DNA of 64,000 bases from Halobacteriovoraceae bacterium. Its GTDB lineage: Bacteria > Bdellovibrionota > Bacteriovoracia > Bacteriovoracales > Bacteriovoracaceae. Position 1 is the first letter of the stretch. Every line of letters begins with the position of its first letter. Positions 21,292 through 31,572 of the stretch are shown piece by piece. The notes below the pieces were generated by a model. It did not search any database, had not been told where the DNA came from, and saw only the letters and a list, made by a program, of their open reading frames with translations. Location: assembly GCA_963719505.1 (NCBI GenBank), contig CAVRCF010000002.1:320001-384000 (forward strand). The letters are read 5' to 3'. The position numbers and the translations under genes were made by a program.

Positions 21292-22524
21292 ATGAGTATT
21301 TTTGGGCTGGTCTCTCTTATCTTAGTGCTCGTTGCACTGTTTTCTTATATCAATTTGAAAGTCTTCAAGTTACCAACAACGATTGGTGTTATGGTGATGG
21401 CACTTCTTTTCTCAACGAGTTTAATCGTTTTACATAATTTTGGTTTTAACTATGATGTTATGGCAAAAGAGATATTATCAAAAATAGACTTTCATCAAAC
21501 ACTGATGAACGGGATGCTAAGTTTCTTACTTTTTGCAGGAGCTTTGCATGTCAATTTAAGTGATTTAAGAAAACAACTTGCTCCTATTTCACTGTTGGCA
21601 ACAGTAGGGGTGTTACTTTCGACTTTTCTAATCGGCTACCTGACTTATCTTATTATTACTCCTTTGAATCCAGGTATCGAATTTATTCACTGTCTTCTTT
21701 TTGGAGCTTTGATTTCGCCTACCGATCCAATAGCCGTTATTTCTCTTCTAAAAGAGGCAAATGCACCAAAAAGTTTAGAGACAAAAATTGCTGGAGAGTC
21801 CTTGTTTAATGACGGAGTCGGCGTTGTCATCTTTATTGTGATTCTTCAGCTTATAACCTCTAATGCTGAACTCTCAATTATCAATATCTCAACTTTGTTT
21901 TTTCAAGAAGCCGTTGGAGGGGCATTTTTTGGTCTTGCCATCGGAATGATTGGGTTTGTCGCTTTAAAGTCGATAGATCATTATAAAGTTGAAGTTATTA
22001 TTACTCTCGCATTGGTGACAGGCGGTTATAGTTTGGCCCATTACTTTCATTTCTCAGGGCCAATCGCTATGGTTATCGCAGGTCTTCTCATCGGAAATCA
22101 AGGGCGAAAACATGCTATGAGCAAAACGACAGAAGAATACCTCGGTCTCTTTTGGGAACTTGTCGATGAGGTGTTAAATTTAAGTCTTTTTGTGTTGGTT
22201 GGACTTGAGATTATCGTTATCTCTTATAATCTTGAAATCTTTTACTACAGTTTGGCCATTATTCCTGCTGTGCTGTTTGGAAGATTTTTAGGCGTGTTGT
22301 TTCCTATTACCATCATAAAAAGATTTCGAACATTCATGAAGGGCGTCGTTCCGGTCATGACCTGGGGGGGCTTAAGAGGAGGGATCTCAATTGCCCTTGC
22401 TTTATCCATGCCAGATATTCCCGGGCGTAATATCTTTATTGGAATAACCTACTCCGTTGTCGTTTTTTCTGTTGTGGTCCAAGGACTAAGTTTTAAAAGA
22501 GTTTTAAAGTATTATATAAAATAA
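21292..22524 (+). CDS. CPA1/NhaP family Na+/H+ antiporter
   Basis: SPTDPIAV, GESLFNDG and WGGLRG motifs. Confidence 0.92.
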   Translation: MSIFGLVSLILVLVALFSYINLKVFKLPTTIGVMVMALLFSTSLIVLHNFGFNYDVMAKEILSKIDFHQTLMNGMLSFLLFAGALHVNLSDLRKQLAPISLLATVGVLLSTFLIGYLTYLIITPLNPGIEFIHCLLFGALISPTDPIAVISLLKEANAPKSLETKIAGESLFNDGVGVVIFIVILQLITSNAELSIINISTLFFQEAVGGAFFGLAIGMIGFVALKSIDHYKVEVIITLALVTGGYSLAHYFHFSGPIAMVIAGLLIGNQGRKHAMSKTTEEYLGLFWELVDEVLNLSLFVLVGLEIIVISYNLEIFYYSLAIIPAVLFGRFLGVLFPITIIKRFRTFMKGVVPVMTWGGLRGGISIALALSMPDIPGRNIFIGITYSVVVFSVVVQGLSFKRVLKYYIK

Positions 22525-22537
22525 AAAGGAAAGCCAA

Positions 22538-22807
22538 ATGGATTGGTCAATTTTTAGTGCAACTTTTATCACTATTTTCATTGCAGAAATTGGAGATAAA
22601 ACCCAGTTTGCGGCAATGGCCGCTGCCTCTCAAACAAAGTCTACCATGTCAGTTCTTGTGGCGACTGTTCTGGCTTTGGCCATCGCTGGTGCCCTGGGGG
22701 TCGCTGCGGGGACTGTTCTTAGTCGATTTATAGACCCTGAAAAAATGAAGTACTTCTCTGGAAGTGCTTTTGTCTTAATGGGAATTTGGATTTTAGTAAA
22801 AAAATAG
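22538..22807 (+). CDS. TMEM165/GDT1 (UPF0016) single-repeat protein
   Basis: AEIGDKTQ motif; 3 TM segments. Confidence 0.9.
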   Translation: MDWSIFSATFITIFIAEIGDKTQFAAMAAASQTKSTMSVLVATVLALAIAGALGVAAGTVLSRFIDPEKMKYFSGSAFVLMGIWILVKK

Positions 22808-22911
22808 GATTCCCCATGCTTCAAAGATTGCTTAAAATTGGGTGCTGATATATAAGAAGGTATCGAAGCTTCTTTATTAAAGAATCCTAGACAAAATGTT
22901 AGGGGTATCTT

Positions 22912-23568
22912 TTGAAAATTAAAAATACAGTTTCTTCTGTTGGAATCAATAAAAAAGAGATGAATCTCGACTTGATGAATCTTTCTTTAGAGCAACAAAG
23001 CTGGTTTTTTCAAGATGGATTTCTCGATGCTGATCTATGTGATCGCATTTGTAGAACCTATATTGATGCGTTAAATCCTGAATGTTTTATCGAAGCTGAA
23101 GTCGGTAAAGGGCTTAGGAAAACGCAGAACAAAAAGATTAGAAAAAGCTCAATTCGTTGGATTACGGATTGGGAAGAAAATAGCTCTTTAAATGAACTCA
23201 ATGATATTTTTTCCCAAATCTTAAAAAGCACGAAAGAATACTTTCGAATTCCCTTAAAGCGATTTGAGTCCCAAGTCGCCGTCTATAATAAAGGGGGATT
23301 CTATAGAACTCATCTTGATCAGCATCCTAAGACGAGACATAGGCAACTAAGTTGTTGTTTGTACCTCAATGATTGTGAAGCTGGAGGCGAGCTTGTTCTG
23401 TTCAAAAAAGGATCAAAAACTGAAGTTGAACAAATCGTGCGTCCCAAGAAAGGGACGATTGCTTTGTTTCTGTCAGCAGATATTTTTCATGAGGTTAGAA
23501 TGGTTAATCAACCTAGATATTCTGTAACTACTTGGTTTCGTGATGATGAAATCGAACCCTTTATATAG
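22912..23568 (+). CDS. 2OG-Fe(II) oxygenase (prolyl-hydroxylase-like)
   Basis: HLD…H…R triad (YRTHLD, HEV, RYSVTTW) and YLN…GGEL. Confidence 0.88.
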   Translation: MKIKNTVSSVGINKKEMNLDLMNLSLEQQSWFFQDGFLDADLCDRICRTYIDALNPECFIEAEVGKGLRKTQNKKIRKSSIRWITDWEENSSLNELNDIFSQILKSTKEYFRIPLKRFESQVAVYNKGGFYRTHLDQHPKTRHRQLSCCLYLNDCEAGGELVLFKKGSKTEVEQIVRPKKGTIALFLSADIFHEVRMVNQPRYSVTTWFRDDEIEPFI

Positions 23569-23639
23569 AGACCTTGTAAAAACAACAAAATGCCCCCTTT
23601 TTGCTTACCTAAATTAATCCTTTTGGATAGTTAAAGGCC

Positions 23640-24593
23640 ATGAAAATATCTATCTCTATAATACTTCTAATCTTAAGTTTCTCCTCTTTTGCGTACTCAG
23701 TTGATCGTGCCTTTAAAGATTTCTTTAATGACTCCGTTATAAGTTCGCGTCACTGCGGGAAAAACATCTATCACTTTCTCAATTATCTAGATGATAGAGG
23801 GATAAAGTATAAAGAAGGTTACGTCGTCTCCCTTCATGATCAAGTCGGCGCTCTTAATCACTTTGATGCTAGATGGGGGAGTCGAGAGTCCTACCAAGAG
23901 GGTGGAAACTACTATCGTTCAAATTGGTATTTTCATGTTTTTGCCATCATTGATGGAAAAGCTTACGACTTTTCGCAAAGAGATAGCAAGACATCTTCTA
24001 TTAAAACATATCTTGAGCAGGCCTATCTCCCAGCTGGAACAACTGAAAGTATTATTTTTTTAGGTCGTCTCAACAAAGATAAAGCTTTGAAACACTACAT
24101 GAAAATGTCGATGAAAATATACGATCTTAAGGACTATGCCAACAATTATGGACCTGTTCTATACGAAGGAAGTTTTGTAGAACTATTTAACTATCTAGAC
24201 AATAGACCTTCCTTGTCTTATGGACCGAGGTTCTCGCAGGTAAAAGTTAATTTTGATTCTCAAAGAATGACTGAATACGGTACAACGTTTAGAAACCCTA
24301 AAGTCCAAAAAGATGGTGTTCTCTATCCTGTAAAGGCTGAACCTTTTCAGATATGTCGATCTTTGGGCTTCATGGGGGCTGTGAATTCCCTTTTGGAGTA
24401 TGAGGTTAGTGATCAGGTTAAAATGTTAAGCCTCGGGTCTTATTTTTCCAAAGACACCAGTCGATTCATTTCAAGTAAAGACATCAAGGTGTCCTCAAGT
24501 TTCACAGAAACTGTTGGTGACATACCCAATCAGCCTTTAGTTCACTTTGCCACCTCAGTGACGTGCTCTGACTTTAATAGTTTTGGCTTTTAA
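23640..24593 (+). CDS. Secreted protein with papain-like Cys-His-Asp (glutamine deamidase-like) domain
   Basis: Signal peptide; HCGKN…WYFHVF…AYDF. Confidence 0.55.
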   Translation: MKISISIILLILSFSSFAYSVDRAFKDFFNDSVISSRHCGKNIYHFLNYLDDRGIKYKEGYVVSLHDQVGALNHFDARWGSRESYQEGGNYYRSNWYFHVFAIIDGKAYDFSQRDSKTSSIKTYLEQAYLPAGTTESIIFLGRLNKDKALKHYMKMSMKIYDLKDYANNYGPVLYEGSFVELFNYLDNRPSLSYGPRFSQVKVNFDSQRMTEYGTTFRNPKVQKDGVLYPVKAEPFQICRSLGFMGAVNSLLEYEVSDQVKMLSLGSYFSKDTSRFISSKDIKVSSSFTETVGDIPNQPLVHFATSVTCSDFNSFGF

Positions 24594-24646
24594 AAGAGCG
24601 AAAAATACTATTTGAAGGCTTTTCCTTATAGTGTTAGATTTATAAG

Positions 24647-25600
24647 ATGGATAAATATCTAACACTTCTTTTTCTTATCTCTACAAGTATATACGCAAAT
24701 GAATCAGCTATTGTTTCCGGTGAGGTGTCGAGGTTTTATACCACGGATGATTTAAGTATTGAGAAGAAGAGTCTGAGAATTATGAATAACAGACGTAATC
24801 TTTTTTGGAATTACGAAGAGTCAGAAAAAAAGGCTTATGATATTGGAGCTGATGCGAGCACCTATAGTGGAGAGTACATTGGCGATAAATTTAACTCCTC
24901 AGCCGCACAAGTCATTCTTGGAAGAAAGTGGAATAGAAAAAACTACACCTCCTTCTCTTTTGGTGGCCACAATCTGAATTTTGAAGACGAATCTTTTTCA
25001 ATTGGTACATACGAGCTTAAACACTCAATGATCTTTGGTAATATTAGAACAAGTCTCAGTCTTTCAAAAGATTTCCAGTTCATTCAACAACAAATTCCAG
25101 CTCCACTTTTCGATGGTTTGGTAAGAGATGAATTGGCACTCTATTGGGAATACTCACTTGGCGATCATTGGCGTTTGCCTATTAATATGAGCAAAATTTT
25201 TATCAGTGATGGGAATAATGCTGTTCAATACGATGTTGCCGCTTATTATGGGCGGGTGTATCCAACATGGTGGTGGGTTGGTTATGGGGTTAGCGGTTTT
25301 GATCATGAAACAAAAAAAGTAGGTTATTGGTCTCCAGAGAAGTTTACCTCTCATGGACCAAGAGCAGAAGTAGCTTATTCCTTTGATGATTATTGGCAAG
25401 CAATGGCCGGTTATAATTATAGCTTTATTAAAGAAGATGACTTTGAGGCAGGAACTTCTACCTACTCAAGTGTTGGAATCCAATACGGAAAAAGAGATGA
25501 AGGGTTAATCTCTTTGTCTTGGATTGAGATTCTCTCTGAGCAGCAGGCCAGTAGCTGGAACAGTAAAGGTTATTCTCTTCTGTTTGAAAAATCATTTTAA
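24647..25600 (+). CDS. Outer-membrane beta-barrel, putative polysaccharide export pore
   Basis: Signal peptide, alternating aromatic strands, GYWSP motif like PgaA/BcsC barrels, C-terminal Phe. Confidence 0.6.
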   Translation: MDKYLTLLFLISTSIYANESAIVSGEVSRFYTTDDLSIEKKSLRIMNNRRNLFWNYEESEKKAYDIGADASTYSGEYIGDKFNSSAAQVILGRKWNRKNYTSFSFGGHNLNFEDESFSIGTYELKHSMIFGNIRTSLSLSKDFQFIQQQIPAPLFDGLVRDELALYWEYSLGDHWRLPINMSKIFISDGNNAVQYDVAAYYGRVYPTWWWVGYGVSGFDHETKKVGYWSPEKFTSHGPRAEVAYSFDDYWQAMAGYNYSFIKEDDFEAGTSTYSSVGIQYGKRDEGLISLSWIEILSEQQASSWNSKGYSLLFEKSF

Positions 25601-26740
25601 ATACTTTCTATAAACTTCATCTATTGTCATGACATCAATTTTTGACTCCTTCAGATATTTACAAAAGATATCAAAGTTTTTTGGAGTGTACTGCAATTGC
25701 GTTTCAGGTTTATCTTTAAGATAGTGAAACATTAAGATCAGCCACTGATTTCCTTTTTTTGCTTTTTCAATCTCTTCTTTAATCTGTTCAGGTGTTGTTG
25801 AATCGAGAACATTATAAGTTCTCAATCGGTAAAGGTCAGCAGGAGGAAGAGTCTCAGTTCCGCCGCCGGCAAGTCTCGCTGTTTGAAAATGACTCTGCGT
25901 TTGTGCTACAACGGTATCGTTATGACGTCCTAGGGGGTAAGCCAAGTGTTGCGTCTGACTTTTTAAGTTTTGTTTGTTGAGGTACTCCAGACCGAAATCA
26001 AATTCTTTTTTTAGTTGATCTTCTTTTATTGTTGTAAGAGGGACGGCGTGATGAGATTGAATATCCCAGCCATAACTTTTTAAAAGAGTAATCTCTTTCG
26101 TCGTCATGAGTCCCGCTTCTCCTATATTTCGAGGCATAATATAAGCTGTGCCTTTTAAGTCGTATTTTTTTAAGCTTTCACCTGCCAGAAGCTGAGACTT
26201 ATAGCCGTCATCAAAGGTAATGCTCACCACTCCAGAGCTTTTTTTCTCTTTCTTATCTATTTCTTTTAAGGAAAATTTCATGGGTTTATTTTTTGTAAAT
26301 AAAAAGAAGCTTACATATTTAATCGTTTCAGCTGGTTTTTGTACTGAGATTAAGTTCGCCATTGAGATTCCATAACTTAACCATTTACCCTCTTTGTAAG
26401 TATTGAAATCGCCATCTGAAAAATAGGGTAGTGTGTAAGAGTAGTATGAATCTGAATTTTTTTTCGAAGAGAATCTAATTTCTAATCCGTGAAAATTTTC
26501 AATTTGGTCTATTTTAAAGTCAAAGTAAAAATTATCCTCACTTAAATCCAGATCCATCTCTTTAACATCTGCTATGATAAAATAGTTGTCGTCTGTAGAT
26601 GTTTCAATCTGAACAGCACCAGAGACTTGATTTAATTTACCGTTTCCCCAGTACAGAGAGATATCATCTAAGTCGAGGCCGGACCAAACAGTGGAGACAT
26701 AAAAGAGACTAGTAAGAGCTAAAAAAATTTTGAATTTCAT
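25592..26740 (-). CDS. CE4 polysaccharide deacetylase with N-terminal beta-sandwich domain
   Basis: ITFDDG, QSHH, AYPLG and LMFH motifs. Signal peptide from ATG 26740 (MKFKIFLAL). Confidence 0.85.
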   Translation of the reverse strand: MKFKIFLALTSLFYVSTVWSGLDLDDISLYWGNGKLNQVSGAVQIETSTDDNYFIIADVKEMDLDLSEDNFYFDFKIDQIENFHGLEIRFSSKKNSDSYYSYTLPYFSDGDFNTYKEGKWLSYGISMANLISVQKPAETIKYVSFFLFTKNKPMKFSLKEIDKKEKKSSGVVSITFDDGYKSQLLAGESLKKYDLKGTAYIMPRNIGEAGLMTTKEITLLKSYGWDIQSHHAVPLTTIKEDQLKKEFDFGLEYLNKQNLKSQTQHLAYPLGRHNDTVVAQTQSHFQTARLAGGGTETLPPADLYRLRTYNVLDSTTPEQIKEEIEKAKKGNQWLILMFHYLKDKPETQLQYTPKNFDIFCKYLKESKIDVMTIDEVYRKYLK

Positions 26741-27773
26741 ACCACGCCTTTCTGTGATAGAGCTCGTAGCCAAGAGCATTTTTTTGATAAGTAAGCATCT
26801 TCTCTGGAGTTTCTGAGGTTTTTCTCCAAATATAGACACCGGAAAATTCTTTCAAATCTTTCAGTGCTGTGAGAGTTGCTTTGTAATTCATTGCTTGCCT
26901 TAATTCATTTGATTGACCTTTAAGTCTCCATTCAAATGGTTCTAAATGTCCTTTAGAGTGCCCAGTGAACCCAAGTTCTGTTAACATAATGGGTTTTCCT
27001 AGTGAACGTCCCAACCTTTGATAATGAAAAAAGTTCTTTTTTTGAAACTGTACAAGCTCTTTTTCTTTATAGGAATCAGGCAAAGGTTGATAGTGATCTA
27101 TACCGATAAAGTCGAGATCTCTCCAAAAACCTACCTCTTTCCATTCATAAACACCTTCAACCTTGCCCCAGTTGGCTCCATAAGTGATATCTCCTTTAAA
27201 GTGTTTGCGCACTTCTGAGATTATATTTTTCCAAAAGGGTGTATATTTTTTTCTCGTCAAAGAGCAATACTCAGCTCCCAAATTGAAAAGCTCAAGTTTA
27301 TGTTGCTCTGAAAATTTCGAAAAATAGATCAGAGTTTTTTTTAATTGCTTGAAGGTTTCAGCTTTATTTTTGGGGCTCCAATAACAGCGCCACTGATTAT
27401 CTAAAAGATCAACGTAGACCCTTAGGCTGACAATAAAATTTCTTTCTCGCGCAAGCTTGATCGCTTCACTTAAACGATCTTTTCTGGGAGAGTCAAAAGA
27501 GTCGCAATCGATTTCACTATCATTTTTATCACTAACATGACAGGTATACAGAAATGAAGCCGTATTAGCACCAAGGGCTTCCAGCTCATTTAAATAAGTC
27601 TCGACAGAAGTTCTCGTGTAGCTATCACTTCCATACCCAGTCAGAACTAAAGAAGTAAGTTTTCTGTCCTTTATTAATTTTCTTGGAGTAACGGAAGTTG
27701 ATGAACATGATTGAAGGACCAAGAGGATGATCAAAGACGTTAGTAAGGAAAAATTCGCCTCATATACTTTCAT
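26709..27773 (-). CDS. Glycoside hydrolase family 113-like lipoprotein
   Basis: Lipobox LQSC; LGAEY, ITYGANW, DFIGIDHY and MLTELGF motifs. Confidence 0.8.
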   Translation of the reverse strand: MKVYEANFSLLTSLIILLVLQSCSSTSVTPRKLIKDRKLTSLVLTGYGSDSYTRTSVETYLNELEALGANTASFLYTCHVSDKNDSEIDCDSFDSPRKDRLSEAIKLARERNFIVSLRVYVDLLDNQWRCYWSPKNKAETFKQLKKTLIYFSKFSEQHKLELFNLGAEYCSLTRKKYTPFWKNIISEVRKHFKGDITYGANWGKVEGVYEWKEVGFWRDLDFIGIDHYQPLPDSYKEKELVQFQKKNFFHYQRLGRSLGKPIMLTELGFTGHSKGHLEPFEWRLKGQSNELRQAMNYKATLTALKDLKEFSGVYIWRKTSETPEKMLTYQKNALGYELYHRKAWYEIQNFFSSY

Positions 27774-27840
27774 TAGGTAATCCTCCGATGGACATATTAT
27801 AATTTGCTAAAAGATAAGTAAATAAACTTTAGGAGTAACC

Positions 27841-28728
27841 GTGGTAAATGCTTCGTTAAAAAAACTTCTCATTGTCGATAGCGATCTTGACTCTAAAGAC
27901 TTAATGCTTGAAACCCTACAGAAGACGTACGAAGTCGTAGTGATAGATAACGCAGCGGACGCTATGGATTACAGCGAAAACTTTGTTCCCGACCTTATTT
28001 TACTCGATCTCGATATGCCGCAAATTGATGGGTTTGAGCTTCTCAATCGTTTAGATGAGCATCCCACTTTGTGTGATGTACCAGTTATAGCTATGAGTGA
28101 TAGCAAAGATGAGCAATTTAGTCGGCGAGCTCATGACGAGGGTGCAAGTGGAATTATTTATAAACCCTTTAACATTGCTAATTTAACTCGAGACATTGAA
28201 GGTATTTTAAAACATACATCTAGTACTATTATTTCGACCAATGAGAGAATTACATACAATATAGAGTTTAGCGAAAAGACTAAGATAAAAAAAATAAAAG
28301 AAATTATAAACAATCAAGATTTTGAATCTGAACCTCTTATTCTCCTTAGCTGGAGTCGAGGAGAGGACCTCATAACCGATGTTGATGATATCGACTCAAA
28401 GATCAATAACGACAGCCTTATTTATCTCGAAATGAAGCCCTCACTTGTTAGTAAGTTTCCCTATCTGCAAGACGTAACTCCCGTCGTATTGGAAATTAAA
28501 AATTTTCTCAAAACAAATAGTCGTAAATATCATCTAGTTATTGAAGAGCCTGGACATCTGTTTAATATTAATCAACGAGAAAGAAGTATCTCGCAGGCCT
28601 ACAATATAGCTCAACTCCTCCACAGTGACTTCAATAGAATCACCTACGTTAACTCTAGACCTCAGTCATCTGAGTCAGTTAAGTTTATCTCAAAAATTGG
28701 AAATATTCTCACAGGTGTTCGAAACTAG
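27841..28728 (+). CDS. Response regulator: REC domain plus unrecognised alpha/beta C-terminal domain
   Basis: LLDLDMPQIDG and KP motifs of REC. The C-terminus is possibly a degenerate RecA/MEDS-like fold. Confidence 0.8.
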   Translation: MVNASLKKLLIVDSDLDSKDLMLETLQKTYEVVVIDNAADAMDYSENFVPDLILLDLDMPQIDGFELLNRLDEHPTLCDVPVIAMSDSKDEQFSRRAHDEGASGIIYKPFNIANLTRDIEGILKHTSSTIISTNERITYNIEFSEKTKIKKIKEIINNQDFESEPLILLSWSRGEDLITDVDDIDSKINNDSLIYLEMKPSLVSKFPYLQDVTPVVLEIKNFLKTNSRKYHLVIEEPGHLFNINQRERSISQAYNIAQLLHSDFNRITYVNSRPQSSESVKFISKIGNILTGVRN

Positions 28729-28730
28729 AG

Positions 28731-30032
28731 ATGGAAAGTTTCGTGAGAAAAACATTTACCGTTTTCTTTCTTTTGCTTGTGATGGCGGGGCTTACAGTGA
28801 CCTTTTATCTTTATTTTCCTGGCCACTGGCAAAAAGGAAACTCATGGGTTGAGTTCGCCACTACTGTTATGCTTTATTATCTTCTCTTTATTTTTGCTCG
28901 AACTATTTTTTTACTTTCACTCTCTTTTATAGAAAGCTTTTTTAGCAGAAAAATAAAACCCGTTGAAACATTCCCTTTAGTCTCAATTATTATCCCTTGT
29001 TTTAACGAAGAAGTTGGAATAAAAAAAGCGATTGAGTCGATTAAAGGAATTAACTATCCCAATATTGAAATTCTTGTTGTTGATGACGGATCAACAGATA
29101 AAACGTTCGAAATAGTAAAGGCCCTAGAGTCGGAATATTTGGTCAGGCTTGTTCATCAAAGCAATGCTGGAAAATCTCATGCTCTCAACAATGGTATTCA
29201 GCAAGCTCTTGGGGACTATTTTGTTTGTATGGATGCAGACAGTGTTCTTAGTGAAAACCTTTTGACCGATTCAATTCCCTACTTTGAGGCGGATCACAAT
29301 CTAGCCGCTGTTGCTGGAGCTGTGGAGGTTGGGAACGACTCATCAATCATCACACGATTTCAAAAACTTGAGTATATAGTAGGACTAAATTTTCACAAAA
29401 TGGCACAGAGTTGTCTCAATCTAGTTACGATCGTACCGGGGCCAATTGGTGTTTTTAAAAAGGACTTGGTTTTGTCAGTGGGAGGGTATCATACAGATAC
29501 CTTTGCAGAGGACTGCGACTTAAGCATGCGTCTGTTAATGGCGGGGTACAATATAAAATATACGGGAAAAATCAAAGCCCGAACAGAGGCTCCCGATGGT
29601 TTTCAGGCTTTGATAACACAAAGATATCGTTGGTCCAGAGGAATGATTCAGGCCATCGTCAAATCCGTTCAAGATCTAACGAAAAGCTTTACCTTCAGAA
29701 GAGCATTTGTTGTCTTGTATATGTTTGTTGAAACAATTATGATTCCGCTCATCAATTTTACTTTTGTGATTATTACACTAGAATTTGCGCTGACCTACTC
29801 GACAGCGGAGCTAATGGGGCCCTTTTTCATCGGTCTCACCTTGCTCGATTTGACGCTTATTTTATACTCGATTATTATTGAACGAGAACTAGGAAGCCTC
29901 TTTTTCCTAGGAATTTTTAATAGATTAACTTACGGACTCTCTTTGGAGGTGGTTAGATTCTTCTCGATATTTGACGAGATATTTAGACTCCCTATGAAAT
30001 GGGGACGATTGAAAAGAAAAGGTATGGATTAG
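28731..30032 (+). CDS. GT2 processive polysaccharide synthase, PgaC/IcaA-like
   Basis: DDGSTD, DAD, AED and QRYRW (D,D,D,QxxRW) motifs; flanking TM helices. Confidence 0.9.
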   Translation: MESFVRKTFTVFFLLLVMAGLTVTFYLYFPGHWQKGNSWVEFATTVMLYYLLFIFARTIFLLSLSFIESFFSRKIKPVETFPLVSIIIPCFNEEVGIKKAIESIKGINYPNIEILVVDDGSTDKTFEIVKALESEYLVRLVHQSNAGKSHALNNGIQQALGDYFVCMDADSVLSENLLTDSIPYFEADHNLAAVAGAVEVGNDSSIITRFQKLEYIVGLNFHKMAQSCLNLVTIVPGPIGVFKKDLVLSVGGYHTDTFAEDCDLSMRLLMAGYNIKYTGKIKARTEAPDGFQALITQRYRWSRGMIQAIVKSVQDLTKSFTFRRAFVVLYMFVETIMIPLINFTFVIITLEFALTYSTAELMGPFFIGLTLLDLTLILYSIIIERELGSLFFLGIFNRLTYGLSLEVVRFFSIFDEIFRLPMKWGRLKRKGMD

Positions 30033-30034
30033 AA

Positions 30035-30403
30035 ATGGATGTTAAAAATGTTTTCAATATTATTCTTCTTGCGCTCTCTCTTACCACAATATTTATTACA
30101 TTAATCAGCTATATTGTTTTTAAATTGAGACAAGCCTCAAGTATGGAGAGCTCTAATGATTTTCATAAATTAGAAGGAAGTTACTTTCGAAGATATGCTC
30201 CGCAGCTTGAAAAAATAAATGAGGAGAAAAGGGCCATCATTTTAGCAAAAGAAAAAAATCCTAAAAAATTCTACTTAAAAATTGCCTCGATGTTTGCTTT
30301 TGTTTTCCTTATAATCTTCACCGTTTTTTTGGTTGATGACTATTACCAAAGAAGGCTGAGTAATGATCCTTCAACTCCCCAAGTAGAGACGACTTTTGAT
30401 TGA
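30035..30403 (+). CDS. Small two-TM protein, positional PgaD/IcaD analogue
   Basis: Two TM helices; ATG 30035 begins 2 nt after the GT2 stop. Confidence 0.55.
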   Translation: MDVKNVFNIILLALSLTTIFITLISYIVFKLRQASSMESSNDFHKLEGSYFRRYAPQLEKINEEKRAIILAKEKNPKKFYLKIASMFAFVFLIIFTVFLVDDYYQRRLSNDPSTPQVETTFD

Positions 30404-30536
30404 AAACTGAGTCGTTTTGTCGACTTCTGTTAATACTCCTTGAGATTGAAAAAAGTGATTTTATGAGAAGGTTTACTTTAACTTACAGAAATCGTTATGT
30501 TATTTTAAAAGAACAACATAAACTTGAGGACAAAAA

Positions 30537-31508
30537 TTGAAAAAATTTTTTAAATACCGTGAGAATCCAAGCTTACCCAAAATGATTGTTTCTTTTATTC
30601 TTCTGTTGGGATTGATCTATCTCTTTGGCTTTACTGATAGCCTTGATCAATTAAAAGGGTATTATGGTCAACACGAATTTAGCTTTAAAGCCGGAAAGTA
30701 CAAGTTAAGTTTACACGATATCGTCAAAGGAATTATCTTCACCGTCATCGTCTTTTGGGTGACATCTCTTACGTCAAAGTTTATAGAAAAAAGAATCTTC
30801 AAAATGACGCATTTGCGAGCGGGGACTAGGGACCTTGTGATTAAGCTTGTGCATATTGGGCTTTACTTTGTTGCCTTTCTTGTCGTCTTAAATTCCCTGG
30901 GAATTGATCTCACCGCTCTTACTGTTTTTAGTGGAGCAGCTGGTATCGGGTTGGGTTTTGGATTACAAAAAACGGCGTCAAATTTTATCAGTGGTATTAT
31001 TCTGCTCTTTGAAAAAACGATAGAGCCAGGTAATCTTATTGAGCTCAATGATGGAACATTGGGCTTTGTAAAAAAGACAAAAGCTCGCTACACCCTTATT
31101 GAAACATTCGACACACGTGAAATTATTGTTCCAAATGAAGACTTGATGACGAATAAGGTGACCAACCTTACCATGACAAATTCGTCGGGAAGAATTGATA
31201 TTGAAGTTGGTATCTCGTATAAGTCAGATGTCCATCTTGCGAAGAAAATAATTCTAGAAGCAGCTACAGAGCATCGCTTCTGCCTTAAAAAGCCCGAGCC
31301 CAACTGCTACCTTGTGAAATTTGGTGATAGCTCTGTTGAATTTCTATTACATTTTTGGATTGGAGACGTTGCTCCCGGACGATTCCTTCCAAAAAGTGAA
31401 GTCATGCTCTCCATTTGGGATAAGTTTAAAGAAAATAATATTGAGATTCCATTCCCTCAAAGAGACTTGCATATAAAGAGCTCTGAGATAGGTAAATTGA
31501 ACGTTTGA
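30537..31508 (+). CDS. mscS: MscS family mechanosensitive channel
   Basis: GIGLGFGLQ…NFISG, IVPN, VGISY and IEIPFPQ motifs. Confidence 0.92.
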   Translation: MKKFFKYRENPSLPKMIVSFILLLGLIYLFGFTDSLDQLKGYYGQHEFSFKAGKYKLSLHDIVKGIIFTVIVFWVTSLTSKFIEKRIFKMTHLRAGTRDLVIKLVHIGLYFVAFLVVLNSLGIDLTALTVFSGAAGIGLGFGLQKTASNFISGIILLFEKTIEPGNLIELNDGTLGFVKKTKARYTLIETFDTREIIVPNEDLMTNKVTNLTMTNSSGRIDIEVGISYKSDVHLAKKIILEAATEHRFCLKKPEPNCYLVKFGDSSVEFLLHFWIGDVAPGRFLPKSEVMLSIWDKFKENNIEIPFPQRDLHIKSSEIGKLNV

Positions 31509-31572
31509 AATTACCTTCTCGACGATACAGGTATTTAAACTTATAATTGCTTCTTAATACCAAGGCGGTCAA

